From Tubiluchus corallicola (taxonomy: Eukaryota; Animalia; Priapulida): DNA of 64,000 nt. Numbering within the stretch: the stretch's first letter is position 1; the number at the start of each line of letters is the position of its first letter. The stretch covers positions 372,001 to 436,000 of the forward strand of contig JAQGDQ010000033.1 in the NCBI GenBank assembly GCA_030141605.1, read 5' to 3'. This document shows positions 1 to 14,030 of this stretch, in pieces. The notes below the pieces were generated by a model. The model was not told the DNA's origin, did not search any database, and worked only from the letters and a program-made list of their open reading frames with translations. A program made the translations under genes and the position numbers.

Positions 1-1370
1 AAGCAAGGTTTACATACTGGCATGCACACATAAAAACACTATCTGCATTTACTCCAAAAGATAATCTGTCCTGAAACCGACAGTTGAAGTACTCGAAACA
101 ATTTTGCAGCCAGAAATTTCAGCTTTGTCATTTTATTAAGAGCAGAATCAGTGACTTCCTGACATACATATTTTTCAAGAAACAAGGCAATTTACACATA
201 TCACATGCAAAAATATCGTAACATTTATTGATTAATTTTCTGGTTGGTTTTATACCCCTACTGACAGGACATCTAGGAAAAGTGTGCAACATTGTATTGA
301 CAATGTTTCTGATGTCCAAGGTAAGCAGAACAAATACAATTATAGATTTTGTATAAACTATTCCCCTAAAAATACAGTAATCTATGGATAATTCGAGCAT
401 CTCGGGTACCAGAAATTTGTTTGAGTTAAGCGATAGTACACGACAGATGTTCGTAAGAAAACAAGATTGGGTCATTCATCAACGTTCACCAATACACTAC
501 AGCCTGTCAAAATTACAAACTGAAACTTTAGTCAAATATCAGATAACACTTTTTTATGAATAATCAAAAATAAAATGTGTAGTCCTCCTCTATTGTAGTC
601 TGGGTAGCATGGTTAATAGAATTCGGCAATAATAATATTGTGATCTACATTAAACCACGTTCTTTAAGCCGTATTGCATACAGCGTTATACTAAGGTAAT
701 ATAGGAAGTCAGCATTTTTGGTGAAACTAGCAGTTCAAATCGTAATGTGGTGCATACTTTTGCGTATGATTTCTCGCTTGGGCAGCTGTTCAAGATAGAT
801 GAGGTAATTTCAATCAAATTCTTAAGAATTGTACCTGGAATTCGGTTCAAGTTACGTGATAATTCGAGTTATACGTAGTTTATTGTACTGAATTTGGTAA
901 TGTACTAAGTTAAAAATATAGAGTTTGCAATTGCTTTAAGCATCAGAAACAAATCCATTCTACCAAATCTGTCAGAGCTGAATGATATTCCAGATTACAC
1001 AGTACTGAATTATGCAGAGTCTGCTGTATTAAATTAAAAATGACCTTAATAATGCATGTGCAACAGATCGCAGACTCATGACACTTCTGTTAACAGTTAA
1101 CTCAATTATCAATTCCTTCCAAAGAAAAGTGATAGTAACAGTAAGCTGAATAATGATGGGAAGAAGTAAGAAATCAGATGTTTTACTACTTTTAAAATTT
1201 AAAGAGCTAAATCACATTACTGTGAATAAACAGTACAGTTAGTGAGCACAATAAGCCGAGGAACCTATTCATAAATAACATACTAATGATAACATAAATT
1301 ACACCAAACTATATAGAAATGCATAGAACTGTAAAGACCATGTTTAATATATATGTTGACAAATGCTTAC

Positions 1371-4300
1371 ATGAATGGCACGGACAGGCAAGTCTATATA
1401 ATTCAGCAATTCATAGTGGTACTTGACAGACATACAAGACGAAAGAAAAACCATAACTTTCTTCTTTCGGTTCTTCTTTAAAAAAGTAAATAACAGAAGA
1501 AATCTTTTTTCTGATGGGCAAACTACATAGCCCTGAAAAGCAGAAATTATATTAGCAATGCCTAATGTATAAAAGAAATATAGATTAACTTATTAAAACA
1601 ATGTAATATATAATCTTTATGATTATGCAGTATAAAAACGAATATTATGTAAAATGTCATCAGAGCAATGTACTGTACTTTTCAGGAAAGGACGGCAAGT
1701 TTGTAAGAAAAATAAATAGCAATTGTACAGACACAAAAAAGAAAAGCAAACAGAAATTTGTAAATTCTAGGTAAAAACCTTTATGTATTCTCATTAAAAA
1801 CTTTATGAACACTTCCCAAATTTCACTGTTAATAGTTAATCAAATAGCCAAACATGCACTACAAAGATTAAAAGTTAAAAGTGGGAAATAATATTGCATA
1901 ATCAACTGTGGATCATATGCAGACAGTAAACAGCCTAATGATGTGCAAAGAGAGTCTCACTTGTTCCAGACCATCCACAGTGGCCATTTCCCTGTCATCA
2001 TCAACTCCTACATAAAGAGGTTCCTTTTTAAGAGCAATTCGTGCCAAGTCTTCAGTTTTCCTCGTCTGCGTAGCTGAAAATAACATCGTTTGCCTTCGTT
2101 CTAAAACAAAAGTAGAAAGTTGCTAGAATGATATTATTCTTGGCTTATCGAGAGAAACTTTGGTAAACATTTATCTCACTTAGCTAATGACAGTCGATGA
2201 GCAGGAGACAGGCATATGATAGAAGGACTGAACATGTGAATGAGGCTATAACAGGCATTACAGGCATATCTATTAAGGTTTATAGCTTCTTAAGGAAAAC
2301 CGGACGATTGTTGAGACTCAATCTCATTTTAATTTATTGCCCAAAATATACATTTTCTTGCCTAAAAAGTTAGCAATTTTTCTTATATTTGAATAATTAG
2401 CTTAGAAAGTTAATTAATGGCAACCGAACACAGCTATTGCTTACGTCAGAAACTAACCACAGTTTATGCAATGGCAGGCATCTTCTCTTGCGCGTCAAGC
2501 ACATTTGCATAAGTGTTACAGCTTAAAATGCGATGTCACGAAAATGTTTATGTCATATGACATCAGAAACTAACACTGCAGTTCGTGATCATGGTTACCA
2601 TGGTACCGCTTTCGATTTGTCGGCCACTCGAATGTGACAAAAGGCGCCATTCCCAATGTTAGTAGATTCAATGAGCCGTGCATAGATTTGAAAGTTTAAT
2701 GAAATTTGAGTATCTGAGGTAATTATTATTTAATCTAACTATCGATTTAAAAAGGGGTATTGTAGTTTTCAGTATTTTACAGCATTCTTTATTCTGAACT
2801 AATGTTTACACAATCGTCCGGTTTTGCTTTAAGTAAAAAGACTATCTATAAAAATGTAGAAAAATTATAAAAATAACGGTCGGCAGTATAATTGTGAATG
2901 TCTCAAGCATGTAGCAAATACAGCATTTATCAGTGTAGAGAAGTCGTTGTGAAGGACAGAGAAATTACATTTAATCTGTAGCTAGTTTATAATTTCGTAT
3001 AGTAATTATTGTCATAGATTAATGATTTCTATCAAACTGTTAGTTTATTCCGAAAATAGTCATAGCTCACTCATGCAACATTTGACTCTGTGAGTTGGCT
3101 GTAACAAGACGTCAAGACATAGATGTGGAGTTCTTTATACATTCTATTTGTAGTTTTACACAACGATACATGTTACAGATGGCATTTTACTGTTATATCT
3201 TTTAAACAGAATAAGAACGTGAAACAAGCAAAAACATCGTATAGTTACAACATGAACTAACTTGGTAGAAGCTTCACTATCTGTTTCATTTCTTCTTCAA
3301 ACCCAACGTCCAGGCATCGGTCAGCTTCGTCGATAACCAAACACTGAAGATTCTTGTACATAAACTCTTGTGTATTCTAAAATAACAATTTTAATAATAA
3401 CTAAAATCTTATGAACAAAGTGGCTAGAAAATGCTACATAATATTGCAAGTGAATGCTTGCATATTTATACAAAGAATCCAACTACTAGTGCAATAAATA
3501 GCACTTAAGAAGTAAGTTTATCATGTTGTTATTATTTCGAAATGCTAACCTGCAAATGATCTAATAAACGCCCTGGTGTTGCAACAAGTATGTTGATCCC
3601 TTTTGCCAATTTGTCCTTTTCAGCTTGCCTATTACCTCCGCCCATCACCAAGCCATAAGTATGATGATGATACTTCAACAGCTCCTTCAAAACACCAAAC
3701 GTCTGCATAGAGAGTTCTCTTGTTGGAGAAATGACAATTATACCTGTTCCTGAAAATAAAACATATACTAATGATCAAGTAAGTCATATGCAACAAAAAA
3801 ACTTTCTCCAGAATTTATTTTAACAGCTGCTGTAAATTTGAAAAATTGCAGATAACATAAAAATGCACTCAGAATAATACAAAATAACAGAAAATACTGA
3901 CAACATGCTGTTTTTGAGACAACCAGTACACTACACTGCAACAACAGCCAGCACGCCATTAGTATTTTCTCTTGTGTAACATTATTAGTACCTAAGAGGC
4001 TCTACTTTTCTCCTGCTACTTAATGAGGTTCCACTTTTCTCCTGCTAAGTTTACTTCTATGATTACAAAAAGTCTTAGGAGAGTACACTTTTCATCCTGA
4101 GACTCGAATTTCCAGAAGATTTACTCCAAATTTAGGTTTATTTTTACCAAACTTGACACTTCATCATTTTGTACATGAAGTACAGTAGCAAATAATAAGT
4201 CAGTCACTTTACCATTTCTTGGCATGAACTTGAGCTTGTGCATCAGTTCTATGGCTGGTATGAGAAATGCCAATGTTTTGCCACTACCTGTTCTTGCAGA

Positions 4301-7300
4301 TGCTAATAGATCTCTGAAATAAAATGTGAACTGCTACACATCATAGTCACGTAGCGATGACCAGCAAATCTTTAAGAAAGAAACTTTTGAATTTAAATTT
4401 AAGTGTCACTTTATATCTGGTTCACATGTGCTTTTAATTTCTTTCAAATGTAGTCTGATTTCATTAAAAGCTGTGCAATAATCTGCTATGCTTCAGTGTT
4501 TCAAGAGCTGATAACAGTGATTTAGCAATTACTCACAGTCAATCTAAAAATAATCACTGTTTTCAGTGGGCAGTGGTTCTTAAACTACTATGGCCATAAA
4601 TGCACTACAAAACACAATAAGTTTTTACAAGGTCTGTTAATACGAAGCTAACCAAAGGTCAAGACTTAGAAGAATCAATGTTTTTCACCAGTAATTTATT
4701 TCCTTTTCAAAAAATTCTATATCATAAATTTTCAAAGAGCAAAAAACACCAAAGAATTAACTAATTAAACAAAATGTTTAATATGCATGGTGTGGATCTC
4801 TGCAATTTACTCCAGCCGTCAATATTTCTTTATATTGTACAAGCTTACCTTCCTTTTAACAAATGTGGAATTGTTTTTGCTTGAATCTCTGTCATATGTG
4901 TAAAACCCATGTCAGCTACACCCTTTAAGGTATCATCTGCAACACGATTCTGCAGATACGCAAATGCTGTATTTGTCAATATACCCATACTTGAACCTGG
5001 TACTGTTTGACAAAAACAAATCTTTTCATTACATAACATTACACGACATTATTTTCACTATACCTTTAGATTTTTCAAGCAAAAATTTTTGTTACTACAA
5101 TGATTCTGGTCATTAAAAGTATTGTGAACTGTTTAATTGGATTAAGTCACCTGAACAATATTACACATGTGCTATATAAAAATTACTCAGCCACCTGGAC
5201 TGGCTAATGCATCCTTTGATAAGATGAAGTGGTCCTTAATGTAAGGATGACGCATTCTTAAAATTCTGGAACTGTAAATATCAGAATATGTATCAGAGAT
5301 GCACCAGATCCAGTTTTGCCAATCTTTCTCGGCAAGTTCAGACCAAATCTGGATATTACTCTATCTACTTATTAAGAGTAACTTCTATCAAGATCAGATT
5401 GACTAATGTGACAGGCTATGGATTTATGGATCTTATACGATAGACATTGAACAATTCTAACATTTTTTTCAAAAGTGCTGACAACTATAGTTCTACTAAT
5501 TGATCGCAAACTAAGTTAAGACATTGGACACAAATTTTTGAAAACGACACACACACTATAAATTAACTGTAATAAATGGTTACTGTAATAACTGCTAAAG
5601 GTAGCATAAAACTAATACATGATTGCTCATCTGCTATTTCATTTTTCTCCTGTTCATTTGAGAAGGATTCTTCTGCTTCGACTTTCACATTGTCTTCACT
5701 TTGCTTACTGGCAACACCAAACTCTTTTTGTTCTGCATCATTCTGTGAATCTAGTCTTCTATCTTTTTCTGGCAGAGCAGCTAAATACAAAAATTAATAG
5801 AAAAATATCAGCTAGCGCAAAGGAGCAATACGTTCAAAATACAAATACTTTTTATCTTCAATCTTTTACAGATTTAAAATAATCCACAAAATTCTAGCTA
5901 TATTCCAACTTCCAAGACCTAGACACTTATTACAAGTATATGATTGATATATATATGTATGTTAATGATTAACCTTTACTTCAAGATACACCAATGATAC
6001 ATGCCAATATTACACAAATTGTTTTCAACATCTGCTGGTTTAGTTTCACAAACTTACTTTTCCAAAAATTGATTTTAATTGACTAATAATTAAACAACTA
6101 ACAATTAACAATTCGTTATTTGATGATGAAGCATTCAAGTTTAGTTTCTTAGGATGCACATAAAATGCTGTAAAATTGCACTTATTATCAGTGGTTTTTC
6201 TCAGCCCTGATTCATTCTAGTTGGTGAATTAACGGATGTAAGAATCAGAAAGCTGATTCTTTTACCACTGCCTCTGGAACGAAATTTCTAGCTACAGTGA
6301 AAAACAGATTTCTAGATAACTTGTTGTCAAAAACAGCGTTACAGAAGAGAGTTAGAGTGAAAGTACTCAACACAGAAGTGCAAACCCATGCATTCATTTG
6401 AAGTCACCATGGAAAAAATTTACTATTTTAACACTTTTTGACCTTGGCCTTTAAAACAAAAAGTAATGGGTTTCGAACTTCTTCCCAGAGCTATCCTGTG
6501 AAAAATTTAATGATTATAACTTCATCCAAACACTTTATCCAGACATACAAATACACAGACAGACAGACGCAAATGAACACCCTCGCTTTGGCCAACCTGT
6601 GCTCTTACACTATTGCAGTGGGTACTAGTTGCTAGTGTACATAAAATTAGTCCCAGGAAATGTGAAATTAAGGAGCACCATTTGGCAACTAAAGCAGGGC
6701 AGGAAAAATATATAAGAAATCTTTCGCAATTTCCACCTGGATAAAATTTCAACCATTTTAACTGGTCAAACAGAATTCGCTTGATATGTTCATAGCTGCT
6801 CAAAAACTATTTATGAACATGTTTCCCAAGTATATATATAAAGAGGAGTAAAATGGCCAGCTAACCGTATAATTGCATTATTTACCAGTGTGCTTACACA
6901 CGAAAATTTTTTGTACATACTTACACGCGTAAATTTTTTTTGTACATTCTTATATTGTGGAAAGCAAGTGCTATAAATCAACATGAACATCAATTGTGTG
7001 TGGTTAAAGGTATTGCCTTAGAACTTTCTTTTTTGCAGCTTTCTCATACTTATCAGTACAAGATGCAACAAACTGGTAGTATAAGCACAGGAGATCACTA
7101 TTCATTGTGACACTCACCTTACGTATATCCAATATGGGCAAAAACTGATGTTGTTATCAAATGATTTCTGCTGAAGAAAAGATTTTCTTATGACCCAGAG
7201 CTCTGTTATTCACAACAGCTGCAGCCTTTGGGCTACAGGACCATTGCAGAAAAAATTGCTAAACTTCCTGAAGTTTATTTGTACCGACATTCAGCGACAG

Positions 7301-7630
7301 CTATTGCAGTAATATATATATACCTATAATAATAATTTTACTCAAAGCTCTGTCTGAAGGTTGACAATGCATTTGTAAAGAAGACCAAAATATGGTAATG
7401 CACCGTAAAATTATAGGCTACACATTACAAAATGTAACAGAGCCATGGTGTGAAATACAGTGCACACGAAACTCAACAGTTTTGATTAATAGTACAACTA
7501 CATTGCTTGAATTAAGTTTTGTTACTGATTACTCAAAACGACAAAAGCTACAGGGCCTACCAGTAAACTCACCAGAATATTCGCTTAATTTTTTGCGTTT
7601 TCCACTTCGCTTTTTAAAATTTTTGTCCAT
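1371..7630 (-). CDS. DDX18: ATP-dependent DEAD-box RNA helicase DDX18/HAS1 (pitchoune), 5' part; gene continues beyond the left window edge
   Basis: Phase-consistent GT-AG exons 7573-7630 ([19 protein letters not shown]), 5619-5780, 4849-5002 (Q motif [14 protein letters not shown]), 4213-4313 (motif [12 protein letters not shown]), 3550-3749 (Ia PTRELS, Ib [10 protein letters not shown]), 3262-3376 ([18 protein letters not shown]), 1961-2100 (motif III SAT; [10 protein letters not shown]) and 1371-1532 ([29 protein letters not shown]). KFMPRNGTG and [17 protein letters not shown] are typical of DDX18/HAS1. A possible 5'UTR exon ends at the donor at 7801. Confidence 0.95.
2290..2832. mobile_element. 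TTAA-flanked non-autonomous DNA transposon (MITE, Kolobok/piggyBac-like) in a DDX18 intron
   Basis: Left end TTAA-GGAAAACCGGACGATTG (2290-2310). Right end CAATCGTCCGGTTTTGCT-TTAA (2811-2832) is its inverted repeat. No internal ORF. Confidence 0.7.
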
Positions 7631-7979
7631 TCTAATGTTGCCTAGTTAGTACACGCTTTTTGACTTAACTAAGTTAACTAAGTAAAATTAACTAAGCATC
7701 GAAACATTCGTGAAAGGTTGTCTAATGTCTATAGAAAATACACATGCTTTTGTCAAGTTATTGAGGTAGGAAATCTTCGCCAACCTTAAAAAACACTTAC
7801 AGAGCCATAGATAAACGTGTAGCACATCATGGTCCATATTCCTCAGCTACGAGCTAAGCCTAGCAGGCTAGAAGGTCATGTCAGCAACCAGCAACCTTCT
7901 ACTTTGGCTCCACCTTTTAAAAGGCTAAATCCACTTGTACTCAATTGTTAGAATGTACAAGTGAATGCAGTAAATTCTC

Positions 7980-9130
7980 AGACAGAGGGAAAGACGTTGA
8001 TATAATATAATTTTGTGGACTTTGCTAACGCTTTTGACCCTGTTGTACACTCTAAGTTATTATATAAATTAGTTGCGTACGGTATTTCTGGTGATCTGTT
8101 GTGATGGATTTCTGCATTTTTGTCTAATCGTAACCAGCGTGTACGTGCAGGTTCCAAGTTCTCTGAATACGTAATAGTTGTTTCAGGCACAGCCCGGGTT
8201 TCCATGTTAGGACCAATATTATTTGTACAGTATGTAAATAATTTGTCTGATAATTTTAACTCGGTCTTTGTCAAGTTATACGTTGATGATGTTAAACTTT
8301 TCGTAACATCTGATAGTAGTCAACGTATCCTCATTTTCAGTACGTACTAAATGACACGCCTTTACCAGTGAATACTAATTGTTGAGACTTGTGTATTACT
8401 GTGTGTTGAGACCTAAAATTTTCAATTTACTGTACTGAGCAGTCGGTAAAACTTTTAAAGCAGCAAATATGATTTTTCGTTGCTTTGTTACGAAAACATT
8501 GACGCTCTTTTAGCATCGTAAAAGTCATTCGCTAGACCTTTGTTGGAATATTACACCACTGTCCACTGTATGAAATTCTCATAATGTTACTATGATTGAT
8601 AAAATCGAGCGAGTACAAAGACATGTCACAAAGCGGTTATATGCGAAATTTGTCTTAACTTATGTTAATTATTTTAGTATACTAGACCATTTGAAACTAC
8701 AGGCTCTTGAAACCAGATGTTTTATTTTTGATATGAAATTGGTGTACAAAATTTGTCATGCACTTATAGATCTAAGTTTTAACGATTTTTTACCTACGCA
8801 CCTAGTCCCGGATTAAGGGGCCATAGTTACAAGTTGTATAAAAATTGTTGTTTATTGATGTTTTTAAATATTCTTTTGCAAACAGGATGATCGATATGTG
8901 GAAAAGTTTGCTGTCATAGATTGTTAATGCTAACAACTTACGTTCTTTTTCATTTAAACTACTTATGTTTGCTTTTAATCCTTTTTGTAAATTTAATAGA
9001 AATAACTAATTAATGTGAGCCCCCGTAAGTGCATTCGTGCCTGGTGGCTTTCTCCCTTCCTAAAACATTAGCAAGATTTTATTGTACATGTGCAATTCTG
9101 TATTTTGACTGAATAAATCTAATCTAATCT
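7980..9130 (+). mobile_element. 5'-truncated, degraded CR1-type non-LTR retrotransposon (RT ORF2 remnant plus 3' tail)
   Basis: Fragments translate as DFANAFDPVVHSKLLYKLVAYGISG..WISAFLSNRNQRV, MLGPILFVQYVNNL, KLYVDDVKLF (YADD-like) and IDKIERVQRHVTKRL, with stops and frameshifts. Ends in AATAAA followed by an (AATCT)n tail at 9112-9130. Confidence 0.9.
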
Positions 9131-9785
9131 TACCGAAGAATGCCTGCACACCATGATCGCTGTTCATTCACTCAATTCCTTCTCTAATCATTAATGCAAT
9201 TACAAATATAAAGTTAATTTTTCTTGCGATATTTGATGAGGTTTTAGTCTAGCTTCTTGAGAAGTTTTGAAACAGATGACAGTCATGTTTACATTAAGAG
9301 CTGGTTTTTATGGTTCCAAATTTGTTAGTTCTGTTTACTCTGCTAAAAATGATGGAAATCGGTGTTACCGACAATCATATAATTGGAATATTTTGTTAAC
9401 TTTGGGTCAAGTACCAAGGAAAGGTAAGACAATTAAAGGATAAAAAAGATAAAAATGTTTCGTTCACAATGCAAAACAACCATAATATACCGTACGAAGA
9501 TGACCTTATTTTAAATATAAATTAGAAAATATTGTGAGGCGGACCAATAGCGTGACCAGGACCGAGAGTGGGAAAGAGCAAGCTATCTAGGCGTCTCCTA
9601 CAGCAATTACTACACAGTAATTTATGAAGCTTGAACAATTCATTACCTAGACCAGACATGAACAAGTACTTTTTACTAATATTTGTTTATTTGTTTCAAG
9701 CATCAAATAATTCATGTTATATATATATAATACTTTTTCTCTTCTTAATTCTTATTATTATTGAATGTCTTTCTATTTATCCATA

Positions 9786-9875
9786 TCTATCTATCTATCC
9801 ATCCATCCATCCATCCATCCATCCATCCATCCATCCATCCATCCATCCATCCATCCATCCATCCATCCATCCATC
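9786..9875. repeat. (CTAT)n(CCAT)n microsatellite
   Basis: Direct reading. Confidence 0.95.
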
Positions 9876-10724
9876 TAAAGAGAGTTGGAGTTGTTGTTCA
9901 ACATAGAAGCTGATGTTCCGAATTTGGCGTAACTGTGTTACATCACATCGCAGACCAACGTGTTTGACGTCAGTTATAGTCTAGTGAGTCTAACGTCTCA
10001 AGCTTTTAGGGAAAATAGTAGAGGAGAAAATAATTGAGAATGACAACTTAATTTTTAATGAACAGCATTAATTTGTTAAGTACTCGTGGGAAATGGATAG
10101 CATTATAATTATTATGACCAAGATAACATATTGCCACGCATTTAACGCCATAATATTATATTTGTTCGTTTCCATTGCACTTTCAAACTTATCGTTCATG
10201 CTTGCACAAATCGCGATATCTTTTGCGCAAACTGATTGGTTTATCTTTAATGACGCTTCCATTTTGGCCAAATATTTTTGAGTTACATGGGTACAAAGTC
10301 TGAAGATTTGGATTGTATAAAACTCAATGAATACGTATAAGATTATCCCATCAATTTTGTGTACTGTCATACCAGACACAGTACCTGTAAAACATTAAAT
10401 TACTTCACTGTTGTTCATAATGACGTTCACCGTTTGGCTGGTGCAGGAGCTCAAACTATGGAGCCTGTACGGCATCAAGATGCCACGACACATCATTCTA
10501 GCTTACATATTTCAAGCCAACTGGATTACACCACAAGTTCCCGCTGGATTGTAGCTGCTTGGAACAAAATATAATTTCGACAGAAAGAACAGCGTTGAAC
10601 AGCAAGTACTTATTGCTAATGATGACAGTTCGAAAATGGTTTGGTGCAATAACATTTGTTTCTTCTCGCAAGAGGGTATGCATATGGCAGATACTACGAG
10701 AAGTGAGCTGATACCACGGAGTTC

Positions 10725-10810
10725 TGTTGTTGTTGTTGTTGTTGTTGTTGCTGCTGCTGCTGCTGCGACTACTACTACTACTACTACTACTACCACTACT
10801 ACTACTACTG
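10725..10810. repeat. compound (GTT)n(GCT)n(ACT)n microsatellite
   Basis: Direct reading; produces spurious polyV/A/T ORFs. Confidence 0.95.
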
Positions 10811-11576
10811 TCTTCAAACAGGATGTGATTTCTCGATAAGATGTACTGTTTGGACGCCTACACAAAGACTGGCCACAATTACTAGAACAATTTTAATAAG
10901 GTCATGGAACCCTTTTTGCTAACAACGAGTTTCGATGTTTGACATCCAGTGGACTTGGATGTAGACATAAAAGCCACACTAATGAGAATGGAACTACTAT
11001 GTATACTGTGAAACTATGTTGCTGTTAAATCGCAATAAGACAGGTATAAGGCCTGCTTTGTGCAGGTGTAGACTAGCGGATTACTAGTTTGTCTGCGTTC
11101 TTAAAATTGTTCGTTGTAAACTTCGACTTAATTCATTAACAAACGACAGGTTGCTAAGTATAGTATATTATGTGAAATCCGTCACCAAATTAAAATAATT
11201 AATGGATTTTCAGCGATGTCGAATTTTAACCGGTGCAACAGGTGCGGCATCACTTATGATAATGGCGCTCGATGGCTGGACTTTGAACGTTCACATAATC
11301 AATCCTGTCATCGCGTGCACTCTACGCATAAATTTTGGTGTTGACTTTCTCAAGGTGCGGTTATAGGCTGACACCTATAATTATACCATACTATTCAATA
11401 TAAAAACTTTCTAACTGTAGTTAAATGATTGGAACTACTACCGACGAGCAATAGCAGTGTGTTTTGTAAACATTTTTGGGATTTAATCAGCAAGCAAATT
11501 CCAAGTTGGAATATACTATTTATAACGGATTAGTTCCTGGATCAAACTGTATTGTTGTCATAACTAATTAATTGAG

Positions 11577-12314
11577 ATGTCTAAACCGCCAATTCAATGG
11601 ATGACTCTGCCTCAGTTTGATGGAACAGTGCCTTATTGCCCACCAGGTTTGGAATATCTTACACAATTGGACCAAGTGCTCGTTCATCAGCAAGTGGAAT
11701 TGCTAGAGGCTTTCACTGGTTTCGAGACGAGCAACAAGTATGCAGTTAAGAACAGCATGGGACAGCAAATGTATTTCGCCGTAGAAGACACAGATTGCTG
11801 CACTAGAAATTGTTGTGGGCCGTGTCGAGCATTTGACATGAAGATCATGGACAACACTGGGAACGAGGTTATCCACCTCTACCGCCCACTCAGATGCGAC
11901 AGTTGCTGGTGCCCTTGCTGTTTGCAGAAGATGGAAGTGACAGCTCCTCCTGGTACAGTAATTGGAAACATCGAACAGGAATGGTCCATCTTATACCCAA
12001 AGTACAAAATTCTAGACACATCAGAGAAGGTGGTGCTGACAGTTGAGGGACCTTTTTGCACATGGAGTTGTTGTGGAGATGTTACATTCGAAGTGAAGTC
12101 ACCTGATGGCAAACACCAGGTTGGTAAGATCACGAAGCAGTGGACGGGCTTTGTCAAAGAAACATTCACTGATGCGGATAACTTTGGTGTTTCTTTTCCC
12201 TTGGATTTGGATGTTAAGATTAAGGCCACTTTACTGGGCCTTACTTTTCTCATTGATTTTATGTTTTTTGAGAAAAGCCAGAACCAAGAAACCGACAGTC
12301 CAGGAATGTTTTAG
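11577..12314 (+). CDS. PLSCR: Phospholipid scramblase (PLSCR family), single coding exon, 245 aa
   Basis: CPPGLEYLTQLDQVLVHQQVELLE, Cys-rich CDSCWCPCC, GKITKQWTG, DADNFGVSFPLDLDVK and C-terminal KATLLGLTFLIDFMFFE; AATAAA at ~12372. Confidence 0.95.
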   Translation: MSKPPIQWMTLPQFDGTVPYCPPGLEYLTQLDQVLVHQQVELLEAFTGFETSNKYAVKNSMGQQMYFAVEDTDCCTRNCCGPCRAFDMKIMDNTGNEVIHLYRPLRCDSCWCPCCLQKMEVTAPPGTVIGNIEQEWSILYPKYKILDTSEKVVLTVEGPFCTWSCCGDVTFEVKSPDGKHQVGKITKQWTGFVKETFTDADNFGVSFPLDLDVKIKATLLGLTFLIDFMFFEKSQNQETDSPGMF

Positions 12315-13314
12315 TTAGAACTACTATAATCGGGTTTCATCATGCAGAGTTTATGTTAACCCCTTTAACGAAATAAAGGCATTGACAAATTAGATATACG
12401 ACCTAGGGTCCTAGACATATAGTTTGACAGACGAGTATATCTGTTTTTATTTTTAGAAGTTTGATATTTGTGCTCAAATTATAACCCGCGGTTACAATAT
12501 TTCAATTGAAATTTTATTAATGGTTACTTTATACTTTATATATCCGAATTTTAAACACAAGAACGCAAATGTAATAGATTTAAGTAGGGAGAGATTGTTG
12601 TATGAGCAAGGTTGTTGCAGTTTGTCTTCGTAATGTCTTACACATTCTGATACATTTTTTAATCTCTTCACGTTGACCAGTTATAACGCGTATAGATACA
12701 TTAAAATGGTTTCGAAGTCGTCAGATTTTATGTTGGTTACAGAAATGTCTTATAGGACTTTTCCATTCATAAACACAAAGACGACTAAATAAATAAATGC
12801 ACTAGTATAGCACTGTTGCTAAAGTACATAAGTATGGAAAAACAGCACTCTGTCAAATTTTAGATCTAAATGAATCGATAATGCTACCAAAAAGTAGTGA
12901 AGTGCTTCATATCTGAATTTCTCAGCCTGGTGCAAAATATTAATCACAATGCAAAAGGTTTATAATCTAAATCCAAATGTGTTTTTAAATACTAGCATTT
13001 ACTGCACTGCGTCTACATTGCAATTTCTAAAGCTGTAAATGTGAAAGCCCCAAAAACAGTTAAACATGTGGATGTGTTTCAGTACTTTTTATACCAGCGA
13101 TACCCTTGACGATTTTATCGATACCATGTACATAGTAACAACAAATGACGTCGTTGCAACAGATATCAAAACTCATATGAGCCTACACACTAAAAAGTAA
13201 CAAATTGAGTATATCAGTAATACACGTTGGTTTTTTTTATTATTATTATTTGGCACCAAATATTGGCACAAAAAGGAGACTATGTAAGAACTTGATTAGC
13301 ATGTTTCGGAAAGT

Positions 13315-14030
13315 ATGACCAATGTTGCAAAAATTACTGAGTGGATGATACCTCCAGAAGCGAATCAGTACCAAACTGCTCTCCTGGTCTGGAATATCTT
13401 ACAAACATAGATTAACTGTTGTTTCATCAGCAGATTGAGTTACTTGAAACATTTACTGAATTGAACTGAATGAATAAATATCTAATGAGAAACAGTACGG
13501 GGCAGCAGATATTCTTTGGATTTTATTGGACACCGTGTTATGGAGAGAGATGAGCTTTGGACATACAGATGTTTGTCAATGAGGCTAGAGAAATCATGCA
13601 TCCGCCCTAGGCCTTGTCGATGCGAGTGTTGTTGGTGCATTTTCTTCTTGGAGATAATGGACATTTTTGTGCTTCATCATACACTGATTGGCAGAACATT
13701 GGCAAGATTGGACTATCTGCTGTCCAGTATATGCAATCCAAAATCAGAATGGACCGAAAATGTTGAGAGTGGTTGGTTCGTGTTTCACTGTGGAGACGTA
13801 AAGTTTAAGATAAAAATCACAGATAATAAAACAGAAGTTGGTGAGATCACAAAGCAGTAGAGTGGCGGGGGTAAGGAAATGTATACAGAGGCAGATAACA
13901 TTGGGGATTACATTTCCAGTAGATCTCGATGTCAAGGTAAAAGCAACTTTACTGAAGCTCGTTTTCCTAATACATTTTACGTTTTGCAAAAAAAAGAATG
14001 CAAGTGGGCAAGGAAAAAGAGAGCCAAGGT
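13315..14030 (+). pseudogene. Phospholipid scramblase pseudogene (most similar to the 14802 copy)
   Basis: MTNVAKITEWMIPPE..CSPGLEYLTNID*, RPCRCECCWC, GEITKQ* and ITFPVDLDVKVKATLL are present but interrupted by in-frame stops, frameshifts and deletions. Confidence 0.9.

Noticed and set aside
80-1030. Possible old Tc1/pogo-like MITE in a DDX18 intron (TTCGAG motifs, CTGTA end), and the 115-aa ORF within it
   Set aside because: TIRs could not be paired convincingly; the ORF has no helicase similarity
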